A stretch of DNA of 15,354 bases. It comes from Bugula neritina. Lineage: Eukaryota; Animalia; Bryozoa. The translations under genes and the position numbers were made by a program. This document shows positions 1-10,603 of this stretch, piece after piece. The stretch is taken from NCBI GenBank assembly GCA_964035545.1, contig CAXIUT010000055.1:1-15354 (forward strand), written 5' to 3'. The notes beneath the pieces were generated by a model, which was not told where the DNA came from, made no database searches, and saw only the letters and a list, made by a program, of their open reading frames with translations. Position 1 is the first letter of the stretch. Each line of letters begins with the position of its first letter.

Positions 1-107
1 CCCAACCCCAACCCCAACCCCAACCCCAACCCCAACCCCAACCCCAACCCCAACCCCAACCCCAACCCCAACCCCAACCCCAACCCCAACCCCAACCCCA
101 ACCCCAA
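1..107. repeat. Left telomere, CCCAA(CCCCAA)17 (Tetrahymena-type C4A2)
   Basis: Perfect C4A2 array at the very start of the window, in the orientation expected for a 5' chromosome end. Confidence 0.97.
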
Positions 108-192
108 ATTATTGATATGAAAATACTGATTGCTTTAGTTAGTATTTCATTTATAGATTTTAACAAATTATGTATTACTATAATAGATTCAA

Positions 193-1559
193 TCACTAAT
201 GTTCGATGGGCTGAATATCAGAAATCAATGAACTCTGTTCCCCTTAATTACTTAACTCCTGTTTGCTTTTCCTATATATATAGATAGTTATCAGCAAAAC
301 TATCAAACAAGTACCAGCAAAATAATCAAAAGGACCAGCTCGATCAACCCATTCATACAAAATAGCTCCCAAAATAGTTTGAAATAATATACCAACCACT
401 CCGAAAAAGGTTTGAATTCCAGTAATAAACCCTCTGGATTCAGGAGTCGAATACTCATTAACTAAGTAGAGAGAAGCAGTTAATAGTCCTGACATTCCCA
501 GTCCCAATACTACTAGAGCAGCATAAGCTAGAAAAGAAGAAGCAGAAGAAGCAAAGTTGATCATAACAGATCCAATAATGGCCAAAGAAAGCATAGCAAT
601 CATAATTTTAGCTCTACTATAGTGTTTTCTTTAATAGTAGAAACCATAAATAATACAAGTTACCATAATAACTGCATATGATATTCCACTTAGCATCGAT
701 GACTTACTAAAAGCTTCCTCATAATCAGAATCTGAACGTTTATCTGGATCTGTAAAGCTATAAGTCCAAAGAACTAAGTATAGAGATAGTAAAATAGAAT
801 CTCCTCTGGCAAGAAAAGCTGCAGTATATCCATTTGTTATTTAAGGTGACTTCACTGACTCTTTGACAATACCCAAAAGTTCTCTTGGAGTTTTTCTCTT
901 GTTTTCTCCTTTAATATAGTATTCGTTGCCAGGCTTAAGACATAAAATTGTGTAAAGGAGTCCAATTGTCACAATTAAGACAGAGATAATTCCATATTGG
1001 TAGTAAATTTTATCTGAGGTGATGTTGTTAAGGACAGAGAAGTTGATTTAGGCAGAAGCCAAGGCTCCTAAAGCAGACATAAGAACCAAAAAGGCAGCAC
1101 AAGTGCCTCTACTAGTATGACTAATATAATCAGCAAGAAGGGGGACTACCGATATGGCAATAGCACCTTAATAATAAAAGTTTTACCGGTGGCATAGATA
1201 CAACGCAAAGCAACATAAACATAGTAGTTATAGGAATAAGGCATAGCAAACATAGCTACACTAATGCAGATAATTCCATAGAGGTTAATTTTTTTTCTAC
1301 CAAACCTGTCACAGAGATATCCAAAGACAGGAGCACATGCCAGTTTGACCACAATATCAAAGGCAATCACAATCGCATTGCGGAAGTTTTAAATTTGTTA
1401 TTTTCGTTCTATCTGAAATTGAGTTTGAAGAAGAAATGGTTGAAGAGAGTCAACACTCACAAAGATAAAGGAAAGAGTGAAGTAGTGTATCAAACAGCCT
1501 AAGTAATTCTTGACAGTGATCTCCTCATTGAGAGACACCTTCCCAAAACAAGTCCGCAT
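193..1559 (-). CDS. Major facilitator superfamily (MFS) transporter, ~448 aa, 2 exons (intron 1167-1186)
   Basis: With TAR=Glu, the ORF runs from ATG 1559 (MRTCFGKVSLNEE...) to TGA 193-195. It has MFS motif A (GYLCDRFGRKK), then 'PLLADYISHTSRG' and 'VNEYSTPESRG', and many hydrophobic helices. A 20-nt GT-AG intron joins the two fragments in the ORF track. Confidence 0.9.
1167..1186 (-). other. 20-nt spliceosomal intron (GTAAAACTTTTATTATTAAG)
   Basis: Removal restores the MFS frame (...CIYATG|AIAISVVPLLAD...). Confidence 0.88.
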
Positions 1560-1695
1560 CAACTAAATAACTATTATTATCAGAACTATCTTTAACTATA
1601 TATATTATTAATCTACCTCAATCAAAAAACTAATCATCAACAAACTCAACATAAATACTATCTATATCAAATATAGTAAATATCTTCATCATCCT

Positions 1696-1750
1696 AGCTA
1701 TCTCTTCAGTCCTCTTAGCTATCTCTTCGCATCTCAGCTATCTCTTTAGC
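1696..1750. repeat. Three imperfect copies of AGCTATCTCT(T) in intergenic DNA upstream of the MFS gene
   Basis: Copies at about 1696, 1717 and 1736. Confidence 0.6.
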
Positions 1751-1851
1751 TTTTTAGATCATTTTTATTTACACAATAATTATGATTTATAATTAATAAG
1801 CAATCAAATAGAATAAAAACTCTATAAAATGAATCTATTGGTTGTTTTCCT

Positions 1852-3708
1852 TCACTCCTAGCCGTATCGATACCTTTATAACTCAGAGCCAATCTTTTTT
1901 GATTTATTAAGCAAGGATAACACTCGAGTAGATATCTCCTTTATTATCTCTTTCGACTCTTCTTCTACCACTATATCGGATTCTACAGTGTAGTCCTTTG
2001 CTCCAGATAAATCTACTTCTCCATACTACTCCAAAGGAATATCAATCTCAATCTTGATAGGTTTCTTTGGTGATGCTGATCCTCTCAATAAACTTGAAGG
2101 CTGAAAATGAACTTTTGGCTGGTATCCCTGAGAATCTCTATTGAGAGATGGGTCATGAAGATAGGGTTCTGGCTAAAGTATGTACTATTGTTTATTACCT
2201 CTTTTTTTTCCTTAGCTTTAAAAAGGCTTTTTGGTTTTTGTTTAATTTTTTATTTTTTGGGAGTATCTTTCTTGGTTAGAATACCCTCCAATGCAGGAAT
2301 ATTCTTGCTGATTGGCTTTCTTCTGGGAGTAGGCCTCTTTATTTCGTGGATCTAGTTTTAATTAAGCTTTATATTTTTTTTCATAACTTTTTGACTAAAG
2401 AGGCTATCTTGTTTGATGAGCAACTTATTTGTTCGATTTTTTGCAATTGATCACGTTGATCACTTACAGCTTACTATTGCTATTTTTATTAGAATTCTTA
2501 TTCTGGTAATCACTCTTCCCTCCTTTGAATTTATCTTTTTGCTTGGCATCCGTTGTAAATCTAGGAGAAAAGAGTTATTCTTGTCTCCTCTCTCCGACTT
2601 TAATTGGAGTTATTGTTATACTCTTCATATTTGTGCTTCTGGGAGATACCTTTATTGACTTCGACCTTTCTCTAATCTATTTCATCGATGATCTTCTAGT
2701 TGAGTTGTTCGGTGAAATCGACTTATTTGGAGATACTTTTGGAGAAGTATGAAGATAAGTATGTTTATGAGAGAAATCAGTCAGGTCAATGGTCTGTCTT
2801 TTAGGCTCTATCTCCCTTTGTAACTAAATATCTATCAATTTTCCATTACTTACATCTTATTCTCTCCTATCTGTTAAATACATCTTCTCATCTTTACTTT
2901 TGGTCTTGTATCTGCTCTATTACTTGTTTTTATTATTTTATGATCTATCTTTTTTTGCTTTTTTCTTCTCTATTGTGTTTGACTGACTAAAACTATTCTA
3001 ATGCTAAGGCATGAACTAATGAATCAGAGTATCTATTTAATCCTGTTTGTTAACTTTAGATATATTTTTAAACCTACTTGTTTTCACTAAAGCATCATAC
3101 TCTTTCTGATAGTTCAAGTACTCTTTTATCTCGTCTTGTTTCTTATCTATTTAATCTTATCCCTCTTCCCCTTTACTCTCCTCCTCTTCCCCTTTACTCT
3201 CCTCCTCTTCCCCTTTACTCTCCTCCTCTTCCCCTTTACTCTCCTCCTCTTCCCCTTTACTCTCCTCCTCTTCCCCTTTACTCTCCTCCTCTTCCCCTTT
3301 ACTCTCCTCCTCTTCCCCTTTACTCTCCTCCTCTTCCCCTTTACTCTCCTCCTCTTCCCCTTTACTATCCTCTACATAAATCTACATCACTAAACGACTG
3401 TTTTTTCCCTCTTCTCGACCTTTTCTTCTGTTTTCACATTTTGTTTATTCTTTTTTTACTGCTTTTCTTTCTTTTACTTTCAAGTTATTTTTTTTTGAAA
3501 TGCTATTTTATAATTCAGGAATATGAGCTAGAAGTCCTTTCGCTAAAGGAGAATGTTGATATTGATGAGAGAGATTGAGTTGATCGAGGATGGGTTGTAG
3601 ATGGAGACAAGAAATTGAGAACTGTTTTATTGAATAAGACGTGTTAGTTTGATGAGTATTAATTTGATACTAGTTAGTTCTATATTATGGTTTCCTATTT
3701 CCCTTCAT
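1852..3708 (-). CDS. Hypothetical low-complexity K/E/S/R-rich protein, ~618 aa, containing (GEEEESK)n
   Basis: 618 codons without an in-frame TGA from ATG 3708 to TGA 1852-1854 under TAR=Glu. The coding strand is purine-rich. No recognisable domain; the start codon is uncertain. Confidence 0.75.
3162..3370 (-). repeat. Coding minisatellite, ~10 x 21 bp (GGGGAAGAGGAGGAGAGTAAA) encoding GEEEESK
   Basis: Near-perfect 21-bp tandem array, in frame within the 1852-3708 CDS. Confidence 0.93.
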
Positions 3709-3731
3709 TGATTACTATTATAGTTGCTTAT

Positions 3732-3940
3732 ATTCGTTAAATCATCAAAATATCATTAGTTCAATCATCAATCTATCATTAGTTCAATCATCAAAATATC
3801 ATTAGTTCAATCATCAATCTATCATTAGTTCAATCATCAAAATATCATTCGTTAAATCATCAATCTATCATTAGTTCAATCATCAAAATATCATTCGTTA
3901 AATCACCATTCTATCATTAGTTCAATCATCAAAATATCAT
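3732..3940. repeat. Non-coding tandem repeat, ~9 x 23 bp (ATTAGTTCAATCATCAAAATATC / ...AATCTATC variants)
   Basis: 23-bp period with alternating AAAAT/AATCT variants. It is TGA-rich on the minus strand and ends about 24 nt upstream of ATG 3708. Confidence 0.9.
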
Positions 3941-4302
3941 AAAAACATCATTTTATTATCCATTAGATCATCAACCAAAATCACTTATAGATTTATCTAA
4001 TTAAAATAATTAAATAAAGCATCTAAATTTTAATATTATGTCCTTTTTTCTGATTTTAGGACTATCATTGTAAACTAATTTATCTAGATCGACATCACAC
4101 CTATATCCATAACAATGTTATTGTAGGTATTGATGGTAATTTTTGTAGTCCAAGTTATCTATTTCTATATTTCTTTTATAATATTGTTACTAGCTTACCA
4201 TGAATCTCCTTCTCTTTTTTATTTGATTTTATCATCTCCTATCTCTAACTACACTGATAATACCTATTTCTTTAAGCAAAGATAATGATAATTTTTATAA
4301 AA

Positions 4303-5818
4303 TCATTTTTTTCTATATAATCCAGCTTGTCTATATATTTTATCTAGATCTAGTCGTTTTCTTTTTTATTCCTACTCCAATTATCTAACAAACGATCTCG
4401 TGTCTTTGACTTGGTTTCTAGTTGGAGTTCTATTAGCCGATCTATCTCTTCCCTCTTTATTTCTAGAATGCGATGATAGTTATCTTTTTTAGTTTAATCT
4501 GCTTTGACCTGTCTACCTTTATTTATTTTATCTATTTTATTGCTTGTAGCTATTGAGATAGGTCAGTCCACTCTATTTAGACTTTCTTCGATCATACTAT
4601 TCCTATTATTTATCTAAAGTAAAATACTGGTTGGCTTTTCTCTCTACTGGCCCATACTAACTCAATCTAGCCTTTATTGGTGATGAATCTTCAATTGCAT
4701 CTTGCTCCATTTAGTACTTATGCAGACTTGAATCATTAGCTAATCTATCACTCAGTTTAGAGGACTCCTTGGGTCTATCATTCAGTTTAGAGGACTCCTT
4801 GGCTCTATCATTCAGTTTAGAGGACTCCTTGGGTCTATCACTCAGTTTAGAGGATAGCTTTGATCGGCCTTCGAGTGATAGAAGAGTGATAAGATTAGAG
4901 AAGTGGGTGGCGAGTCCTAGCATGACAATGTCATTATAGAAGTAGATGGATCTAAGATGAAACTATTTTCTGATTTAGCAGATTTATCTGGTTGGGAATC
5001 CAAATCCTTTTTCAAGTGTATTTTTACCATCATGCTACCCTAAAGTATATTTATTACCAATTGGATAATATTTTACCCCGATTCCTCTCAACTGCCCCTC
5101 CTTAAATATTCCATCCTCGATGCACTACTGGGCATAGTACCTGCCTATTCCTTAGAGCAAAGTTCCTAGATGTTACCCTACGCTCACAACTTGATTTTCT
5201 CTAAGTACAAATCCATAGCGTCGTCCTTTATTAAAACACTACTCGTAGCCAAACAATTTATCCTACCCCATGGGTACTATAGTGGGTATATATCTCGGTA
5301 TCTATTATTAGTTGTCGATTGATGCCTATTTCATAAATGATATTAAAAATTATTATATGGTGTACATCTGTTTCGGAAAATGCTGGCTAAGAGCTTCATA
5401 GACCTATCTGTCTCGAATTGGAGTTTTGGATATTATTTATTTTAGTTATGAATTAGCAAACTGACCTACTATGACCTGTCCGTTTTATATGCCTATTGCC
5501 TTACCGTATAATCTGTCTTATCGGAACATGCCGTATAATGTCTTTTCGGTCTTGTTCTCATTTCTACTCCAAAAAATATTGTACCCATCTACTCTGTTAC
5601 CTAGCATCTGTCCGTAGGCTCTGAGGTTGTCAGAAATAAAAATATATTTGCCATGAATGTTATTTTTTTTCCAATTCGCTTGATGAGATAGAAGTACCTA
5701 GTAAAATTTGTGAGTTATCAAGGACTAGTAATCCATGTCCATTACGTTGGTATTGTTCGAAAATACCATAGTAGGTGGCATTTCTGTATTGGACATGGGT
5801 TGGTAGCCGTCCTGACAT
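4303..5818 (-). CDS. MORN-repeat-like protein with charged C-terminal tail, ~498 aa, 2 exons (intron 5679-5697)
   Basis: Starts at ATG 5818 (MSGRLPTHVQYRNATYYGIFEQYQRNGHGLL...). It has repeated Y-x-G-x-F/W-xxxxx-G-x-G-like units (ANWKKNNIHGKY, YGQMLGNRVDGY, YGMFREDRLYGKA, EDGIFKEGQLRGIG). After removing a 19-nt intron the frame is open to TGA 4303-4305. Confidence 0.75.
4742..4855 (-). repeat. Coding tandem repeat, ~4 x 30 bp encoding SSKL(S/N)DR(P/A)KE
   Basis: Visible 30-bp period inside the MORN-like CDS. Confidence 0.88.
5679..5697 (-). other. 19-nt spliceosomal intron (GTACTTCTATCTCATCAAG)
   Basis: Without it, exon 1 runs into TGA. Removal joins ATG 5818 to the long open frame, and it has the A at -6. 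Confidence 0.75.
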
Positions 5819-6306
5819 TAAATTGATTTAATTATCTTTGATTTCCTAACTCAAGATTTATCCACTATCTTAATATAAGTAGAGATGATGATGATGTTTT
5901 AAGGATTAATAAATAGGTGATCAGAATATGAATGGAAAGAGTTATTTTTAATAGATGATGAGTGTTAAGGTGTTAAAGTTAGAGATAATATTTGATAAAA
6001 CATCAAATAATGGTATATTAATGATGCTTGGCCTAAAGTAAGAATCATCCACAGTATCTCCATCTCAGAATCGGTCTATTTCCCTTTTTCATTCAATGCT
6101 TCATGCTTAAAAAGGGTAAGCTTCCAGAAGTGACCTTGCTATGACACGACCTATTATTCTAAATTTAGTAAACGAAAGGCTTACTAGCTTCTAAATCAAT
6201 TTAGTTATGAAGGCGGGAAGGTATGAGTGATAAATAGGGCCTAGAATATTAGTTAGGTAGAAATTTGAATTTGTGGTAGCGAGAGGGTCCTTGTTGTAAG
6301 CAAAAA

Positions 6307-6972
6307 ATGTAAACAAAGGAAACAACCTAATACTAAACTGCTGGACAAGTGGAAGCACTGAGCAAACGGGAACAAGTCAAACTCGAAAAGGCCATCCAAA
6401 TGATTGAAAGTGTAGACGTAGGAACCCTATTACCTAGAATCCATAGAACCGCAGTCGTAAACGCAGAGCTCACACTAACATCAAAGGATCAGAACCTGCT
6501 GCTAGAAAACAAATCAAGGTAGCTATCCTCTCAGTCAGATCGACTCCCAACTAGCCTCCCATCCATCCGATGATATGTCATCTTCTTCACACAACCAAGG
6601 GCCTGCTTCTACTACTCCTCCAGAACAACTTCCTCCTCATAGCCATCATCCACAACACTTTAATGTTCAATACAACTTGCCAGAAGGTATGATTTCTATG
6701 ACTTAGGAGAAGGGGCACTCTTCAACTACCTCATCTGTTACTCTTTTGAGCAGGGAGAAAGGCAATTTGAGAAATAAGGGAAGGATTGGGCTTAAATTGA
6801 TCAATTGGGTGAAGAAGTAGTTCCTTTAGAGACAAATAATGGTTCTAAGTTGATATGTGAGAAGCTAGATAAGAAGTTTAGAGAAGGAGGAGACAGAATG
6901 AAAGAACCATTTGGGAAAAGTCATAGAGAATTGTAACAAAAATTTTTCAAGAAAAAGTTTATCTTTGAATGA
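6307..6972 (+). CDS. Hypothetical protein, ~201 aa, 4 exons (introns 6418-6437, 6519-6538, 6687-6706)
   Basis: Start context CAAAAAATG. No single frame is open across the region, but removing three 20-nt GTA...AG segments (each with T at -8 and A at -6) gives one ORF: METKETTEYETAGQ...SVD|NPENRSRKRRAH...KQIK|IDSQLASHPSDD...LPEG|EGALFNYLICYSF...KKFIFE*. It includes a basic NLS-like stretch and an S/P/H-rich linker. No homology recognised. Confidence 0.65.
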
Positions 6973-7209
6973 TGGTATTGTGCTTAATAGGTTATCAATT
7001 AAAAGTCACTTATGAGGAAAAACAAGGCTTTAAAGCTCTAAAATATCTATCTATTAAGATAAGAGGATATATTTAAGTAGAGCCAGGAGAAGAAGAGACC
7101 CTAGAGATGGTTTTTCTTTGTTACAATAAGTTCATTAGAGTTTTTAAAGTTGATCTAGACAATAAAGTTTAATTATGACTGAAGGTCATATTTATAATAT
7201 CTATTGTAA

Positions 7210-8285
7210 ATGAAAAAGTAGGTCATTTTAGTTTTTTGCGCTGCTCTTGTACCTGCTGTCACTTATCTATTCAATAAGTTGAGAGCTAATCGACTGAAAA
7301 AAGGAAAAAATAATCTCTATGTAGGAATCGAATTAGGAGGAACGAACTATAAAGTTGCAATCGCATAACCAGTCTTTAATATCAAAGGAAATATTTTGGA
7401 TTTTCGTATTATTAAAACAAAAAATGGAAATACTTATCAGGATCCTGCCCAATCAATAAAATAAATTCTTGATTTTATTTAATCAGTTCAGCTTTCAGGG
7501 CAGCAATAGAATCAGGAGGTGATATTGGATTTTATAGGGATAGCTTCTTTTGGTCCACTTTGTCTTGATAGAAAAAGCAAAAACTATGGAACAATAACAA
7601 CAACTCCTAAATAGTTATGGAGAGGAATGAAAATATTAGAACAAGTTACTTCTCCTTTTTCTTCTGTTCGTTGTTAAATTGATACTGATGTCAATGCTGC
7701 TGCTTATGCCTAGTTTAGGTTAGGCAATCATGGAGTATCGTAATCTTTAGTCTATATTACTGTTGGAACTGGAGTAGGAGTAGGATTGATTGCTAATGGA
7801 AAAACTGTCCATGGTTTAACTCACCCTTAAGGAGGACATTGTATGTAATTAGCTCTTAAGCTAGAGTTTAAAGACACCCTTAATAGTATTAAGGATTTAG
7901 AGGAGTTTGTCCTTTTCATCGAGAACAAACATGTGCTTAAGGAATGGTCACAAATAAATCGATAGCATAGCGTTTGGGTGTAAGTTTTACAGCTTTGGCT
8001 TAAATGTCTGAAGACATCCGAGTTTGGAAGCTAGTTGGTTTCTATTTGGCACAGGTCTGTTTAAATATAACTCTTTTAGTATCTCCAGAAGTAATAGTAA
8101 TAGGAGGAGGAATTATGAATCGATCCATTATTTATGGAATCATTCAATAAGAATTTTTAAGGATGTTAGCTCAATATATCGAACACCCTTTGTTAAGCAA
8201 GGTGGGAGTTCATAAATATATAGTTGCTCCAAAATTAGGACAAGACGTTGGAGTAAAGGGAGCAATGGCTCTTTCACTCATGTGA
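7210..8285 (+). CDS. ROK-family fructokinase (bacterial ScrK/YdhR-like) with N-terminal hydrophobic anchor, ~351 aa, 2 exons (intron 7845-7864)
   Basis: Motifs GIELGGT, GIASFGP, GTITTTPK, IDTDVNAAAYA[TAG=E], YITVGTGVGVG, HP[TAA=E]GGH, Zn-site GVCPFH..CA[TAA=E]G and IVIGGG. Ends at TGA 8283-8285. Confidence 0.92.
7845..7864 (+). other. 20-nt spliceosomal intron (GTAATTAGCTCTTAAGCTAG)
   Basis: Removal joins HPEGGHC to ...GVCPFH in frame. Confidence 0.88.
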
Positions 8286-8400
8286 TATGTTATATCAAAT
8301 TGCTAATTTATTCGTTCTTAAATTATATAGGTCTAAATGTTTACTCATTTAAAATCAAGATTTATTCAATTGGATATTAAATAAAATATATTTAAAGAAA

Positions 8401-8906
8401 ATGAGCTACTGGCCTTACTATTCATCATATTCTCCCTACTATTGGAGGTAATAAATCGATAAAAAAGACATCCCTATCCATACTATGATCCCTTACTCGT
8501 CAGACCATCAATCGAAGCATCTATTGCTGCATCAAGTCTTCGAAGATCCAGAATTGAAGCTTAAGTTGCAGCTGATAGTGCTCTTAGAAGATCAAGAATC
8601 GAAGCTGAAATTTCTGCATCAAGAGCTGCTACTGAAAGTGCTCTTAGAAGATCAAGAATTGAGGCAGAAATAGCTGCTGATAGTGCATTAAGAAGATCAA
8701 GAGTAGAAGCCGAAATTTCTGCATCAAGAGCTGCTACTGAAAGCGCTCTAAGAAGATCAAGATTGGAAGCCGATATAGCTACAGAAGCAGCTCTAAGAAG
8801 GTCCAGAGTAGAAGCTGAGCTTTCAGCATCCCGAAGAGCAGTTGAAGATGAAGAAAGAAGAAGGAGAGTCGAGATGGATGTTGAAAGGATTCTTACCAAG
8901 TATTGA
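8401..8906 (+). CDS. Small repeat protein, ~161 aa: Y/W/P-rich N-terminus plus six (S/A)LRRSR(I/V/L)EA(E/D) repeats; intron 8448-8467
   Basis: Starts MSYWPYYSSYSPYYWR|HPYPYYDPLL... after removal of a 20-nt intron. The amino-acid repeats use degenerate codons. Ends at TGA 8904-8906. Function unknown; a structural or cortical role is inference. Confidence 0.82.
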
Positions 8907-8946
8907 TCTCATAGAATTAACATTAAATATTGATAATAGGTAATGA

Positions 8947-10491
8947 TCAGAACATTCCTCTTGAGTTGTTAGCGTAGGCCATAGGTCCAACTGGAGGGTG
9001 TGGCTAAATTAAAAATTAAATACAACTGCTTAAAATTGGATGAATTTAGGAAGAAGAGAATCTCCCCTCAGATGAATATAGGCAGCTTTGTTTCCCTGGA
9101 AATCACAGTAGTTTGGAGCACTAAAAATAGTTACACATTGTCTGTCGTGAGTCTATTCGTATCCTTCAACTTTGACTTCATGTGAGCGGATCAGAAGACC
9201 TGAGTTAATAAAGATTTACTTAAGTTATTTTCTTGAAGAAATTTTTTTGTAATGTCTGGCCCAAAGGCCATAGAAGCTCCTCTTTTACTGGGAGTATGTC
9301 CTGAAGTGGGTGAAGGATCGGCCCATAGGAGGTCACACATGAGTCCTTTTTCTGGAGGTTCAGCAAATCTGTAGGTATCTTTGATGTCTTTGAGAGTGAC
9401 TCCATCATAGGAAGGTAGTCCACCATGACAGATCATAACTTTATCATTGATGACATATGAAAGAGGAAGTCCACAGAAGAATTCTGAAAAGGCTTAATAG
9501 ACTCCAAGATCTTTGTACTTAGCTTCTACTTCTCCTTTGAATCCATAAATATGATTAACTTGTTTGGCTTAGTGATTGCCTCTTGTCATATGTAAGAAAT
9601 CAATATTCACACATTTCCAGGCAATAAGAGTTAAGATGCATTAAACAGAGAAAGATCCCCTATCGACATAGTCTCCATTAAAAAGATACTTATTATTAAT
9701 GGAAGGGAAGCCATTCAATTTGAAGATGTTAAAGAGATCATAATATTGTCCGTGAATATCTCCACAAATAGTGATATGTTCTTATTTATCAATTTGATAG
9801 TTTACTAGTGATGAATAGGAACTAACAAGTTATCGACAGATTTCTAGCAGCTGTAAGGTATATCTTTTATGTAATTTTTTTTGGTCTTTGAAATGTTCCA
9901 TCATTTTAATGACCCTAAGTTATTCAATTTATACCATTCAGAAGTGACTGGTTCTTTTTCTTATAATTTAGGTCCAGTATAGTCTTTTTCTACTTCTATT
10001 TATCTCCAGTTTTTGTATGGTTTTTATTTTTTCTATCCTCTTTCTTTATCATCTTGAAGCATAGTCAATCTTTTGTTTTTAATTAGTTCTTAACTTTGTC
10101 TCTTACATTAGGCTAGTTTTTGATGTATGATTTAGTCTTTTTTTCCTGAAAGTTAAAAAGCTTTCAGATAGGCTGAGTATGCGTCTTTATAATTTTGAAG
10201 AATTTCTTTAGCGAAGGCTAATCTTAGGTAAGCTTTTTCATATTCTGGGTTATTAGCAATACTGGCTTAAGCATCTGGAATGGCTAGACCATAATTTTAT
10301 AGTTTGATATGTGCAAAAGCTCTATTGGCATAGTAGATAGCCAATTTATTTTTGGGTACTCTTGAGTTTTAAGTTGAGGCAGTTTCAATAGCTTTAGTGT
10401 AGAGGTCGACGGCAGGTTCAAATTGGTTATTTTTGAGTTGAGCATTTCCTTGTTCTTTTTGTTGTTCGCTGGTGGTGAGAGCGTCTTACAT
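8947..10491 (-). CDS. PPP5C: Serine/threonine protein phosphatase 5 (TPR + PPP catalytic domain), ~494 aa, 4 exons (introns 9915-9934, 9200-9219, 9004-9023)
   Basis: N-terminal TPRs (KEQGNAQLK...[34 protein letters not shown]). PPP motifs GDIHGQ, GDYVDRG, RGNH[TAA=E], HGG, DLLWADP, IRSHE and FSAPNYC. The C-terminus F[TAA=E]AV|[12 protein letters not shown] is typical of PP5. Confidence 0.95.
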
Positions 10492-10540
10492 AATGAAAAT
10501 GATTATTTAAGTAATGACAAATTATCGTATCTAACAACAA

Positions 10541-10603
10541 GGGGTTGGGGTTGGGGTTGGGGTTGGGGTTGGGGTTGGGGTTGGGGTTGGGGTTGGGGTT
10601 GGG
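10541..10603 (+). repeat. Interstitial telomeric tract (GGGGTT)10GGG
   Basis: Perfect G4T2 array between the divergent PP5 and Pol delta genes. Confidence 0.95.

Noticed and set aside
2107-3578. Plus-strand hydrophobic ORFs (2107-2355, 2413-2658, 2525-2752, 3078-3578, 3136-3393), including LYSPPLP extensin-like repeats
   Set aside because: They are antisense shadows of the K/E-rich minus-strand CDS 1852-3708. The same applies to 8561-8899(-), 9000-9185(+), 10928-11116(-) and 13208-13587(-).
3732-3940. CRISPR-like array
   Set aside because: The 23-bp units are directly adjacent with no unique spacers, the context is eukaryotic, and there are no cas genes.
3727-3989. CTTATA direct repeats flanking the 23-bp array, suggesting a retained IES or a long intron
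   Set aside because: A 6-bp AT-rich match is expected by chance. Excision leaving one copy shifts into a frame that soon hits TGA, and a long GTG-starting intron does not fit the GTA/20-nt pattern.
6168-6187. 20-nt GT-AG candidate intron GTAAACGAAAGGCTTACTAG (and the 19-nt candidate at about 6933-6951)
   Set aside because: Neither has A at -6, and neither is needed for a coherent ORF.
6213-6246. Resemblance of GGGAAGGTATGAG...AGGGCC to the RNase P RNA CR-I region
   Set aside because: I found no convincing CR-V/P4 partner outside predicted coding sequence, and the match is too short to support without an Infernal search.
10531-10540. Possible CAA(T/C)AA motif next to telomere-addition junctions (here, at 14280-14286, and on the reverse strand at 108-115)
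   Set aside because: It is absent at the right end, and is short and AT-rich with n=4, so not distinguishable from chance. I also saw no Tetrahymena-type Cbs.
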